DNA of 61,231 nucleotides, filler included. It is 12 parts of 12 records of this genome, joined end to end, with 100 filler letters (N's around TTAATTAATTAA, not from the genome) between each part and the next. Parts side by side here need not be neighbours in the genome. Positions count along the whole stretch, not along the records: positions 1 to 7,211 come from SRR7504441_66224; positions 7,312 to 12,968 come from SRR7504441_66624; 10 more parts are not named here. The stretch is one strand, 5' to 3'. A program made the position numbers and the translations under genes. The first letter of the stretch is position 1. Each line of letters begins with the position of its first letter. This document shows, one piece after another, positions 1-12,176 of the stretch. Below the pieces are notes generated by a model. That model saw only the letters and a program-made list of their open reading frames with translations. It ran no database searches and was not told where the DNA came from.

Positions 1-75
1 CCCGACTTTCTAATAAATGTACTTATTAATATACACGAGTACAATACGAGTACAACACTGAAGTACTTCCATAAG

Positions 76-1917
76 CTAGTCGGTAGGCACACCGAGCACC
101 GGCACTGGGTTATGATAGCCGTCGTTAGCCGTGCAGCGCTTGGCCTCGCTATTGCCGGCATGCTTTTGGCACCAATCGGTACACTCGGGGTCGCCCGCAC
201 TGAAAGAGCCGCACATCGCCTGCTGGTCGCTGTACTGCACCAGCCGCTGCCCAAAGCTGAAGTCCGCCCCAGCCCCAGCCAGGCCTCCACTGGCACAGCT
301 CGCAAACCGATCCGGTTGCTTTGTGCCGCGAACTTCGAGCACGTAACGGACTCCGGCCACATACCGGCGCACAAAGCTGCCTCCAGGCTTGAGCGGGGCG
401 AGGTCGCGGGCGGCAGTCCACCCGAGCCCCTTCCGGTGGATGAGCTGGGCCAAGTCCTCGAGCATAATGTTCGAGAAACCTGGCTGGCAGCTGGCCCAGC
501 CAGGGGTGAGCACACTCGGGACCGAGTTGACGTCCCCGCACAGCGCGGCCCAGCAGACCGGCCCGTCAGGCGGGGGCGCATCCCTGGCTGAGCAGTGGCC
601 GCCGGTGCACGTTCCGTTATTGGGGCAGCCTTGCCTCTGCTGGAATCTAAAGCTTGGCGGGCCTTTCCCGCCGCTCACGATTGTCCTGAAGGCCATTGTG
701 CCGAACGGGCCGTTGAGGCACCGGGGCGCGCTCGGCTGCGGCTTGGCTACCCACTGATCACGCTGCTTGATCCTTTGCTCAGAGCTCTGCTTGTCCACAG
801 CGTGATACGGGGCTGTGCACCGGGAGCACTCGGTCGACCCGTCCGGGTAGCAGCAGGGCAGTACTCCGTGCAAGAACCCGGCGTTGCAGTCCTGCCACTC
901 CGGCCGGGCCCGGCTCGCTGCTCCGCATATCGGAGCGCTGCACGAATCCCCGGGCGCGATTGTGGGGCCGGCGCACGGACTGGAGAGCGCCGGGTGCGGC
1001 TTGAGACTCCTTCCGAAGCTGGCCCAGGCGGCCCGGGTGCGCGGCTGGTGCTTGGCGCCGATCTCGTCCATGCAGCACGTGTGCGGCGGGGTGAACCTGG
1101 AACCGTTGCACGACGGACAGCCAGCCCAATTCCAGGCGAAAATCCCGACCACCCGTGGATCCGCCGAGGCCCACTGGATGAAGTCAGCTGCGTCCCGTGC
1201 ACACATCTCGTCGTAACAGCTTCTGTTACAGACATAGCTCCCGTTGGGAAGCCGATTCACGTCGGATCCGAACGCGCCTGGCACCAGCACAGCCCTCTGC
1301 TGGCCGGTCAGATTGGGGAAGATAAACTGATCGTAGAAGCCCCGCACGTGCTGGTCCACCCAGCCCGGCTCCGGCCCGTCCATGTGGTAGCTGTCCACCG
1401 AGAACCAGTCGAGCGCCCCCGGGATTTTGAATTCAAACTGCCGCTCGCGACAGCCGGCCCCGTTCTGGTTGCTCGCCACAGGCCCGCCCGCTTCATTGTA
1501 CCAGATCACGGCCGTGCCCCGCGGGAACCTCCGCCTGACCGCATCAGCCCCGGCCTCGAGCGCAGCCGGCAGGATGCAGTTCCAGACCAGCTCGTCCCCC
1601 AGGTTGAACCCGATGATGCTCCGGTTGGACAGCAGCTCGGCCGCGGTCACGGCGGCGGCCGCCCAGCGCTCGCGCCAGTCCGCACGGAGCCCGCCGGCGC
1701 TGAAATTCCACAGGAACGGGCTCAGGTCGAGCAGCGCGTCCAGGCCCTGCGCCCGGGCATCAACGGCCTCGCTGAAGTTGACGGAGAGCCGGAGGTTGGT
1801 GAAGCCTGCCGTGACCGCCGGCTCGTCGCTGTAGAAACCAAAGTATTGCGGCCCGGCCCCGAGGCAGCCGGTGACCAGCAGCACGAGCGCAGCGAGCAGT
1901 GCCTGATGTGCAGCCAT
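76..1917 (-). CDS. Secreted putative glycoside-hydrolase-like (TIM-barrel) protein with Cys-rich C-terminal region; apparently intronless
   Basis: 613-aa ORF with signal peptide MAAHQALLAALVLLVTGCLG. Motifs IIGFNLGDEL, IWYNE and DWFSVDSYH resemble GH-A clan barrel strands. Family assignment is inference. Confidence 0.55.
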   Translation of the reverse strand: MAAHQALLAALVLLVTGCLGAGPQYFGFYSDEPAVTAGFTNLRLSVNFSEAVDARAQGLDALLDLSPFLWNFSAGGLRADWRERWAAAAVTAAELLSNRSIIGFNLGDELVWNCILPAALEAGADAVRRRFPRGTAVIWYNEAGGPVASNQNGAGCRERQFEFKIPGALDWFSVDSYHMDGPEPGWVDQHVRGFYDQFIFPNLTGQQRAVLVPGAFGSDVNRLPNGSYVCNRSCYDEMCARDAADFIQWASADPRVVGIFAWNWAGCPSCNGSRFTPPHTCCMDEIGAKHQPRTRAAWASFGRSLKPHPALSSPCAGPTIAPGDSCSAPICGAASRARPEWQDCNAGFLHGVLPCCYPDGSTECSRCTAPYHAVDKQSSEQRIKQRDQWVAKPQPSAPRCLNGPFGTMAFRTIVSGGKGPPSFRFQQRQGCPNNGTCTGGHCSARDAPPPDGPVCWAALCGDVNSVPSVLTPGWASCQPGFSNIMLEDLAQLIHRKGLGWTAARDLAPLKPGGSFVRRYVAGVRYVLEVRGTKQPDRFASCASGGLAGAGADFSFGQRLVQYSDQQAMCGSFSAGDPECTDWCQKHAGNSEAKRCTANDGYHNPVPVLGVPTD

Positions 1918-1956
1918 ATGAGATATGTCCCCTCAAATTACCGTTGGCCGGGAGAG

Positions 1957-2910
1957 ATGAGGGGCTGGCTGCTGGTCGCTGCGGTGGCATCATGCGCGGC
2001 GAGCGCCCCGGTCTGCCCTGGACTCAACACCTCGCGGTACCCACCGATGGGCTGCAATCCGCCCAACGCCTGCTGCAAGCTGGCCCAGCAGTCCTACGCC
2101 TGCAAGGAGGACGCCGGCTGTAACGTGTGCCCCGAGTGCTGCCACCAGGCCTTCGCGCCAGCCGAGGCCTGCAGCCGATGCGTGGCCGCACAGTGCGCAT
2201 ACATGAACCTGGCGCAGTATGGCTGCAGTGTTGCCGGGACTGGCGGTTGTTGCATGACCGCTCCACTGAAGGCTGCAGCGAAGAACTGTTTAATCATCGG
2301 AGACAGTGTGACCAGCGGCCAGAGCGCCCTCGTCACCGCAAAACTCGCCGACATCTGCCAAGTGCAGAAGATCATCGGCTGTGATGCAGCTGAGGGGCGC
2401 GAGGCGCCATGCTGGCCTGTGAGCAGTGCAGGCCCTATGGGGGAGCCGATCGAGTGGGATGTGATCCACTACAACGAAGGCCTGCACTCGCTCTGGCCTC
2501 GCGTAAATACCTCCGCAGAGCTAGACACCTGGGCTGACCAGCTAGCCAATTTCACAAAATTGATGCAAGCAACCCATCCGAAAGCTGTGCTGATTTATGC
2601 CACAATGACGCCATGGATGCCCGAGAAGTTCCTATTAGACGGCCGACCAGCGGCTGCCAGGGAAGACGTCGAGCGGAAGAACGACCGCGCTGTGGCTACG
2701 GCCAAAGCGAATGGCGTGAGCCGGATTCACGATCTGTATTCTGTCGTTACAGGTAGATGCGGACAGAGCTACAGGAACTGTTCGATCTGCGATGACGAGT
2801 CCAAGTACCATCCGGGCATTGTATGTGGCTACCACTATAATGCTGCAGGCTGGGAACTGCTCGCGACAAGCACCGCGGATGCCATCCGAACTGCGTTGCA
2901 ATCGGCATGA
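1957..2910 (+). CDS. Secreted SGNH/GDSL-type esterase with Cys-rich N-terminal region; intronless
   Basis: ATG at 1957 gives signal peptide MRGWLLVAAVASCAASA. Block I LIIGDSV, block III DVIHYNEGLH, block V CGYHY. The upstream part of the 595..2910 ORF is an antisense shadow of the neighbouring gene. Confidence 0.75.
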   Translation: MRGWLLVAAVASCAASAPVCPGLNTSRYPPMGCNPPNACCKLAQQSYACKEDAGCNVCPECCHQAFAPAEACSRCVAAQCAYMNLAQYGCSVAGTGGCCMTAPLKAAAKNCLIIGDSVTSGQSALVTAKLADICQVQKIIGCDAAEGREAPCWPVSSAGPMGEPIEWDVIHYNEGLHSLWPRVNTSAELDTWADQLANFTKLMQATHPKAVLIYATMTPWMPEKFLLDGRPAAAREDVERKNDRAVATAKANGVSRIHDLYSVVTGRCGQSYRNCSICDDESKYHPGIVCGYHYNAAGWELLATSTADAIRTALQSA

Positions 2911-3233
2911 TTTCATGATGCCGTGATGCTATTCATACGGAAGTACTCCCATTGTTACAGTGTACAACAGTACGTACATGTAATTATAACATCGTTCAGC
3001 GCGAGCGGCTGGAGTAGCTTGATTACAATGGGCTTACTCCTAATTAGACCTTAGCTTCGCATAGTAGTGTCAATAAATTTTCAATTAGAGTTAAAAACTC
3101 TACCTCACTCATCGTTGTATACAATGAAGGGGATCCTAAATCTCACGAAGCTTTCTCTACTGAATGATAAATCATGTGCTACTTGCAATCCCCTAGCCAC
3201 CTGCTTGCGAAACACCTGCTTTCTCCGAAAACT

Positions 3234-6200
3234 CTAACCACTGCGCCTGCGCCTCGCTTGCCTCTCCCAGGTGAACCTCTCCAACTGGCCGATGCGATCG
3301 CGGTTACACTTGATCTTATTGGCCTCAGCAGCGCAGTATTTGTTCCTTCGACCCCCCCTCAGCGCTAGTCGGTGGCCATTTGCGCCAATCGTCTCAGCAG
3401 TAAACCGCTCCCAGTTGCCGCGGCTATTGCGGTTGCATTTGATTTTGTTGTTGTCATCGGAACAAAATTTGTTCCATCTTCTGTTGCCGCCCTCGAGCGC
3501 CCACCTGGTTCGCCTTCTGTTGTGCAATAGCGTCACCCTGAATGTCTCCCACCGGCCGGGGGTGTTGCGGTTGCATTTGATCTGATTGTACTCATCAGAA
3601 CAGTACCTGTTGTTTCTCCCTAAGGCTCGCAAGTGGATAAGCTGCCCATCCTGTGGTAGCCTCCTGGGAGGTGGCTGGCGTCGTCGTCGGAGAGGTGGAG
3701 GTGGAGGTGGCGACGGCGGTGGCATTGGAGGAGATGCTGGATTCAATCTGCGGGGATTGCATTGGAGCTCATTGGATGTCCAGTCAACAGGTGAACTCCA
3801 CTCGTAAAACGTGACCTCTCCTGTATGAGGGTCACTCCATTCGCGTTCCATCCGCCACTCCCAGAATCTCCACCAGTTGTTGCCACGGACCCTGATGCGG
3901 ACTTCTTGGATGGTGTCAACGAAGCCATAGATTCTGCCACCCAATGTTTCTAACTTGTAATAGACTCCAGCGCAGGTTCCAACGAGTGCGCCACTCGAGG
4001 ATCCGCCACTCAATTGCTCAGCGGTTGAAGGCATGGAAAACTTGACTACAATCACATTCACTCCGACTCCGCCTCTGACCAGAGCCAAATCGAGAGCGAG
4101 CTCGCCCGTCAAACTAGCTTGCGCATAAGGAATGGCGAAGGCGATGATTCCACTCCGGCACTCTCGCCTCGAGTTGCCCACATTTGGAGCTCCAAGGTTG
4201 CCCCAGCCCGCTTTCATGCCTATCTCACCTTCCAATTTGATCTCTCCACTGATGGGGAAGCCACCGACCGTGAAGGTCCTCTGGTATGAAAAAAACTCCC
4301 AGTCGTAGGCGATTGTCATGACCAGATCAGCCGCATCCACATTCATTTGGCACAAGCCTTGCTGATCGCCTGCCTGACTGAACTGCGCTACTTGAGGGTG
4401 GACACTGGGAGGGGGAGGGCCCGCGCTTCGGCCTCGCTCGGACCCTGGCCATACCGTAATCCCCAGAATACTGATGTACTTCCTAAAGTTCTGGTGTTGG
4501 CATTTCTGGCCTCCAGCCTGGACCAGACATGAAAAATAGAAATAAGATAATAACTCGCCTGGATGACAGACACAGTCCATGTCCACGCCTTGGCGTCCAC
4601 TCCGGCATATCCATGAAGACACACTCCGTCGTCGCTATATATCTCCACCTAGACATACCCTAACACCAGAGAGCCTACCATGGCTCACACACCCCAACCT
4701 TGGGCTCAGCACGTATGTCTCCGTCTGCAGGCGTTGGCCAAACCTTCTCCCTCTTAACGCTCATTGCCATACCTCCATTTCTGGGACCCCTCCACCTACT
4801 GGGCTGCGCGCTCTGGACAAGCTCATCAACTTCGGCCGAATCGGTGACAGCAAGGCGGCGCTTATCGCCCACCAGCAGATGCTCACCTGTAATCCAGCTG
4901 GTGAGCAAGCCATTGCTTTTATTTTGGGCATTGCACTTGGCAGTGATGGTCAAATCAAGCCGGTGTTTCTATTTTGAAGGGTCTTTGCGGTGTGGCATTG
5001 GAGGGAATGGGCATACAATAAACTAATGCAACAAATACAACAATCACAACCTTTCAGAGCTTTTGCTGCATGGTTTTGGAGGCTCGAGTGGGTCGGGTCA
5101 GCCGCCAAACTCCTCAAGTGCTCCTGAGCTTCCGGTGTAAACAGCTTTCCAAGTGCTTGGACAGCATACCTGGCCGTCCCATCAGCACCTAGGCTGCACT
5201 GCCAGCACACATGCGGAGCGGAGGAGCAAGCTTCTGGTGCTTTGCTGCTGCGACAACTGCAGTCGTGTCATCCACATGCTGGGAGTTGGTATTTCCGATT
5301 GCTGTCAGCCACACCTTGATTGCCTGCTCATTGCCGGTGTTGAGCGCGTTGGATAGGTGCTCCTGAGCTTCCTGGAGCAGCATGCGGTAATTGTTGGCTT
5401 GTCCATAAGCTCCGTGCGCGCAGTGCTCCGCGTGCCCAATCAGACCATACTTGACGTGCAGGGCGACAAGTTCCACATCCGACTTCGGGTCGCGTGTCAG
5501 CTTGTCGAGTGCTTGGATCGCGTGGTCATGGTCGTAGCACTTGGACTGCACAAGCGCCATCAAGGCCTGGTGCCTAGCTGCTTTTTTGAGATCCTTGTTG
5601 CTAGCCATCTGGACAAGTTGGGTGACGGCAGTTGCATCATCCACACCAACACGCCCGATCACATGCATGAGGGCCTGCACAGCCCGCTGGTTCCGAATCC
5701 CCCCTTGTTGGATCAGATTCACCACACGCGCCCGAATCTGCGGCGATCGCATCGTCTTTTCCAACTGCTTTTTAGTGCCACTTTTCTCGTATTCGGACAC
5801 CGGGGCAGCCTCGAGGTATTCAACAAAGCTGGGCATCCCCTTGTCAACATCAAAAGGCTCGGACCGTCTCTTGGCTCGCGGCCTCGAAGTCAGCTCATGC
5901 AAAGGCACGGGGGTGCGGCCTGCGGCACGATGCCGCTGCAACAACTCTTCGAGCTCCTCGAGCTCCTCGTGCAGCGCCGTCTGACCAGTTTTGACCACTA
6001 CCAAGTCGAACGTAGTCTGCATGGTTGCCGTCAGCACACTGGGTCGAGCTGGGAGGGTGGCGCACCTCCATGCGTACTCTCTCATTGTGAGGGCTGTGCG
6101 CGTCTGCTTCGGCAGTCTCGCAACTTTTCCAACCTCCTTCCGGATTGCACGGCAGGCCATCTGGCACCCACGCATCTCAGTCGACAACCAATCATAAATG

Positions 6201-7211
6201 AATGGATATCCAGAGCGCTACAAGGGGTGGGCAGATTTACTGGGAGAATCCTCGCCAATGTTGCTGGTGACGGTGTCGTTCGACCTCTGTATTTCGCCAT
6301 CTGCATTCACGTGAGCAGCGCCGCTGCCACGGGCCTTGAAGCTGGAATCGCCGGATTGGAGCAGCAATGGTGCAGGCGCTGCGTCTTGGGTGAAGTCCAT
6401 GTTGTACTGTCGATGAACCGTCACGGACCCATCTTGGTGCACCTCGCGCCAATAGTGGGTGGTCTTCTTGCCGCTCGGCTGGTACAGCACGTCAGCAAAC
6501 TCCAAAAGCTCGACCGGGCCGGAACGTTCTGTCGACGGTCGATTCGCAGCCGTGGCAGCTGTGGCAGGCGTAGCAAGCGCGTTGAAAGCACCGAGAGTAT
6601 ATTGGTTGAATTCCTGCGACAGACGGATCAGTTCAGCAGTAAGTGTGCAAGCACCTGGGCGTCTTCCGCGCAGCCTTCGTCAGTGTTTGGGATCGGAGAG
6701 CCGGGCAGGACGTGCATGATCGCAGAGAAGTTGCCGTTGCTGTGAATAAGGTCGTTCCGCATGTACCGGAGGCACCTACTGAAACTGGCCACATCGTTCG
6801 AGTAGTCAATATTCTCTTCAGTTCTGGTCGACGTCTGGCTGTCGGCGAAGTTGGACCCAGTCACCCTGTATGTGTTCGCACCAGTCCGGGCCACCGTCAT
6901 GTCAAAGCTCATGTTCATTTGATTTGGAACGTATGATCCGGAGTTGTCTGTTTCTTCCGTGTTGCTGTGCATGTTGATGTGGAACGTACAGCGTTTCCCT
7001 ACGGGGCAGATCGTCGGTGGGGCGCTCTGTCCGGTCTGCAACAGGAGCTCTTGCACTTGCGCCGGCGATCGGGCCGGGATGCGCTCTTTAGCAGCAGTAG
7101 CAAACCTGCGGGCGTCTTCTACAGGCGGCGCATGAGTAGCAGGATCTCCTTTAGCGGCAGCCGGAGCGGGCGCTTCATGGACAAGGGTGTCCTCGGGGAC
7201 CAACGCGTCGA
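3234..7211 (-). CDS. Large lipid-transfer (vitellogenin/MTP-like) protein with Pro-rich linker and C-terminal fascin-like beta-trefoil; 5' truncated, about 7 introns
   Basis: ORFs 6628..7203, 6218..6505, 5189..6187, 4950..5210, 4675..4953, 4388..4648 and 3234..4622 join through short introns (e.g. 41 nt at EDAQ|EFNQ; GC-AG at 4518..4558). HEAT-like helices (WLTAIGNT, YAVQALGKL), a beta-rich region, and three ALxG..NxYCSDxxNxIKCNR...WExF repeats. Confidence 0.55.
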
Positions 7212-7311
7212 NNNNNNNNNNNNNNNNNNNNNNNNNNNNNNNNNNNNNNNNNNNNTTAATTAATTAANNNNNNNNNNNNNNNNNNNNNNNNNNNNNNNNN
7301 NNNNNNNNNNN
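7212..7311. other. Artificial contig linker
   Basis: N44-TTAATTAATTAA-N44, with stops in all frames. Confidence 0.99.
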
Positions 7312-7883
7312 CTAGTCCGCAGTCCGGCAATACTTGACACTTTCCCCTGGTCTGCATGGGGCCATGGGCCCCCCCGATGATCATCAGTCATGATTTTTTT
7401 TTCGGCCAGGGGATAGCCCGCCAAATGGGTGGCGAGGAGAATTCAGGGCCCCCAGGGGGATCAGCAGGCGCTGGCTGCTCTCGAGGCTCAGGCGACCGAC
7501 TCCGATTCCTGTACCTCCGACGACCCCGCGGAGGCTCCGGACGACGATCTTCCTTCTGATTTCAGCGCCCAGGTGGATGCTGCACTCCGGGCCGGCACCT
7601 TGTCCTTCAAGTGCCATGTCGTGGACGAGAACGACGGAAGACACGATTCAACTTGTCGATCTAGTTGTGTCCGGGTGGCTAGCCCTCAGGACAAAGACGA
7701 AAAAGATGCTTCAGATGCAGCATATTTTATTCGTTCCGGATTCGCTTACGTACGGATTATCACAATCCAGACGACGACTTATCGATCACTGATGTTCTGC
7801 CTGATCGAATGTGCCGTGCAATCCAGGTGGACCCGCAGCAACAACAACCTTGTTGGTCAGGGTTGGTGGTCCTCCTGTGTGCG

Positions 7884-10800
7884 ATGGCCCTGCTGGGGGG
7901 GGTGCTGCTGGCCGGGCTGGCTGGGCTGGCCGAGTGCAAGTATCCCACCGGTGCGCCCTCCTCTCCCTACCGTGGCGGCTCACCCGGGGCCAGGCCCCCA
8001 GTCTTGCGCGGCCGACCCGGACTGCACCCCCGCGATCCAAACCTTCCGCGAGCCCGCGGTCCGCCCGCCGGGCCGCCCCCGGAGCCGACTGTTCGGGCCA
8101 GGCGATCGCGGTGTATGGGATCTGGGGGCTGACGGCGCTCGGATGCCTCTACCTGGCCATCCGGGCACTGGGCCGTTCGGCGGATGAGTTCGCCGTGCAA
8201 TGGGAAGCTGACGGAAGCAGGCGCCCTGGCAGCCCCCCGCCCACCTGAGCGCTGCCAGCAGTCCGGGCAAGGAAGCGGACTCGGAGTCATTGGAGCTGCT
8301 CCGGCCCAAGCCTTCGATGCGCATGGTCGGGTATAGGGACACGCCGGTGGGGGTGTTTACGCTTTGGATGGTCGTGCTCACCTCGGTCCCTCCTCCCTCT
8401 TCCGCGGAGCGTAACGGATGGCAGGTGGGCTGGATCGGATTCTATCTGTTGCTGGTGGCAGATTACTACTGGGAGTGCGAGCTCACGTCGGAGAATTCTC
8501 TCTGCTTCTATGGTCGGTATCCAGTGTTTGGAGACTACGATACAAACGCATACCTCGCGTTCTTCTGGGCTGTAGTTTCGTCCACTTGGTTCATGGTGAT
8601 AATCCTGCTCGGTCCAAGGTTCCGGAACCTCTTCCGCCGGCCGTGCGCCCTCCTGCGCGCCGAGTTTGTGTGGGTCTGGACGCCTGACGACTCCGAGGTC
8701 TCGGCTGGCACCCGACCCGAATCAGCCCACCGGCCAGGTGATGGTACACAGCCGCTCGGCGCTGGTGCACGCCTTCTACTGGCTGCTGCCCTGGTTGGCC
8801 AGCTCTGCCCACAGCGAAGGCCGCGCCGACACAGTACCGGTCTGCCGCCCGACCGGTTACTGGCTGACCAGCAGCAGGTCGAGCGGACGCCGCTCGGTCT
8901 TCGGTTTGTATTGTTTGAATGCACAAGATACCTGCTCGAGCTCTCGCCCGACGGCCAACCGAGCTTCCGGCCGGCGGTGGCGCGGGTGGGTGCGAGCCAC
9001 GCGGAGCTGTGTGGTATGGCGGGTGGTATAGACCCTAAGGAGTATGAGCAAAGGTGCATGACCGGCCGGTGCCGAGCGAGCCCCGCGGGACAGGTGGGAC
9101 ATGTTTGGGCCCAACTCGATCGCGTTCCAGGTGGACTCACTACCGGAGGCTATCCGGAAGGAGTTTAGCCGATACTACTACATATATCAGTACGCGGCGC
9201 TGGGGATTTGGCTCTGGTGGTCGTATCTCTGGGTCCCAATCATGCTGATCATCGTGGTGCTGATCGCGGCGGCGCTGAACATCGCCATCTCGCGGGATGC
9301 CCAGGCCGTGGTGTATCAAATGACCCAGTACCATACAACTGTCAAAGCCAAGGCCGGTACTGGCTATTGGGCCGAGCGCGACTCGAGCACGCTGGTGCCT
9401 GGCGACGTGATACAAGTCCTCCCAGACTGGATCGTCCCGTGCGACCTGGCTATTGTGGCTGGATCAGCCATTTGCGATGAGTCAGGTCTGACTGGCGAGT
9501 CGATGCCAGTCCGCAAGACTGCCCTGAGCACAGAGGAGACACAGTTTGAGCCCGAGGGCAAGAGCAGCAAGCACTGCCTGTACGCGGGCACTCGGGTGCT
9601 GCAGGCCGGGGTGGCGGACGAGGTGGTCGAGGCGGTGGTGACCAGTTCGGGCATCCACACGAGCAAGGGCCAGCTGGTCTCTCAGATTTTGTTCCCTGCC
9701 CAGATGCAATTCAAGTATGACGAGGAGCTTCCCGTGGTGTTTGTGATGCTCTTCATATTCGGATTCTTTGCCACCGGCATCGCCTTGTATTTCCGGGCGA
9801 GCAATGGCTCTGTGTTCACGTTTAACAACTCGTGGCCAACCCTCACTTGCATGGTGCGTCCAACATGCTGCTGGCTGGCACGCTGAGACACGCTTGCAGG
9901 TCTCGCAAATTTGCCACCCGTTGCTCCCAATGGCACTCACCGTCGGACAAACAATGTCCCGCCGCCGGCTGCGCCAGATGCAGATGTTTTGCCTCAACCC
10001 AAAGCGGATATCGATCTCTGGTAAGATAAAGGTCTTCTGCTTTGATAAGACCGGCACGCTCACTAAGCAGGGCCTCGACTTCCTCGGTGCCCAGCCGGTG
10101 GCCACTGACGGGGCCCGTGCCCAAGGGTTTGCCGGGCTGGTACAAGGCGGATTCCCGGAGTCGATGGCCCAACTGTCGTTGCCGCTCCAGCAAGCGCTGG
10201 CGAGCTGTCACTGTGTGTCGCAGTTTGGTGATTCGCTGGTGGGCAATCAAGTGGAAGTCAAGATGTTCGGTGCCACCGGATGGGAGCTGATAGAACAGCC
10301 TGGGCAGCCAGTGACTGTCCGTGCGCCGGATGGCACCGAGCTGCAGATCAGTCGTCGCTTTGAATTTGACCATGCTCGTCAGACGATGTCGGTGGTGACC
10401 TCGCACCCAGGCGAGTGTCGACTGTTCACCAAAGGCTCATTCGAGAAGATCAAGGCACTCTGCACCCCAGAGAGTGTCCCACCCATGTACGATGAGGTGG
10501 CCAAGGCTCACGCGATGGAGGGATGCTACGTGCTGGCTGTGGCTTCCAAGCTGCTCGAGACTAGCCCTGAAGAGCTTGCCTCACTCGAGAGAGATCGGCT
10601 GGAACAAGCAGGCTCGCTGCAGCTGCAGGGGCTGCTCCTCTTCCGGAACGAACTCAAAGACGACACTGGCGCGGCCATCGAGAAGATCAAGCAAGGCGCG
10701 ATCAGGGTGGTGATGATCACAGGCGACAACGCTCAGTGCGGAGTGTACATAGCACGGGCGGCCAGCATGCTCGACCCTGGGCTGCCCATTCTGCTCGGCG

Positions 10801-12176
10801 CAGCTGGCAAGGATGGGCAGGTCGAATGGAAGTTGGTTGGTTCGAGCGGTCCGCCAGGGATGAGCACCGCTGAATTGCTCCAAGACCGGTTATATGAAAC
10901 GCACGAGCTGGCTATCACTGGGGATAGTGCTCTTGACGCGCTGGAGGCGACAGGCCAGATGGAGAGGTTGCTGTTCAGCATCCGGATATTTGCCCGGATG
11001 ACACCGGATGGCAAAGTTCGGGTGGTGCAGATGCTGCAGGCCCAGGGTTTAGCTGTAGGGATGTGCGGGGATGGGGGGAACGACTGTGGTGCGCTCAGGG
11101 TAGCGCATGCTGGAGTGGCATTGAGTGAGGCTGAGGCGTCGATGGTTTCGCCATTTTCTAGCAAAGTCAAGTCTGTGAATGCGGTGAGTCCTCTAAGGTG
11201 TGGGGGAGTAAGGATTGGGATAGGTGTTTGATCTGCTGAGGGAGGGACGGGCATCGCTTGCTACTTCGTTCGCGTGCTTCAAGTTCTTGCTCATGTATGG
11301 AGTGTTGTTTGCGGTCCTCAAGCTCTCCTGCTTCTACTATGGTGTGATCATGCCTTACATGGACTATGTCCTGATCGATGTGATCGCGGTGGTCTGGCTT
11401 TCATGGGCCATCACAATTGCTGAGCCAAAGAAGAAGCTTCTTACTAAGCTGCCGCCATCTTCCCTTCTGGGGGCTACAAATGCACTTTCTTTGGTGGGAA
11501 TGATTGTAATCTCCCTGCTCACCATCGGCATGTCCTTTTGGCTAATGAAATCAGCGGAAGGATACGTTCAGTTCCCTGCCGAGCACTCAGACCAATCCAA
11601 GTGGTACGAGCTAGGCGATAATTGCGAGACAACTGTCATATTTGTGGTGGTTAATTCGCTGTTTGTCACCTCCTCTGTCGTCTTCAGCCTGGGAGGACAA
11701 TTTCGGCGTGCTGTCTACAAAAACTTTGTGCTGTGCGTCTCGTGGGCTGTACTGATGGCTCTCACCGGCTACCTGCTCCTCAGCGAGTCCAACATGTTCA
11801 CACGGCTATTCCACATGGTGGGTTGGCTGGCTGGGCTCACTCACCAGCCTGCAGGCGAGCGAGTCATTCAATAGTGCAGAGACAACCTCACCTGTGTGGC
11901 GCAAGTACCATCAGGTATACCCTGCCTAGTCCTCACAGGTTGAGTTTGACCAGGTCGGCGGCGAGCCGACCGATGATCCAGCGATGAACTTTGAGACTCG
12001 GCTGCAGCTGTTTCTGATTGTGATCAGCGCCTGCATGCTTCTCCTCTTTTGGGAGTTGGTGGCTGTATTGGTGCGCCCATTAAAATGCCACGGTCTGATG
12101 GGCGAGACAGGGTCCATTGAGGGAGAAGTTCAAGTTTTCAAAGAGTCAAAAACTAAAAGCTACGCTCAAGCCCTAA
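7884..12176 (+). CDS. P5-type cation-transporting ATPase (ATP13A-like), about 12 introns
   Basis: LTGES, CFDKTGTLT, MITGDN and MCGDGGNDCGAL motifs. Reading frame is restored by 37-46 nt introns (8221..8261 GC-AG, 8386..8424 and others). Ends ...KATLKP-TAA. An alternative ATG at 7809 is possible. Confidence 0.93.

Noticed and set aside
595-1956. Long overlapping antisense ORFs (also 5357..6745, 23632..24345 and others)
   Set aside because: Expected shadows of GC-rich coding sequence, with no recognisable motifs.
7429-7800. Acidic ORF upstream of the P5 ATPase, and small ORFs at 12402..12796 and 48705..48899
   Set aside because: No recognisable domain or secure start, so they cannot be supported as genes.
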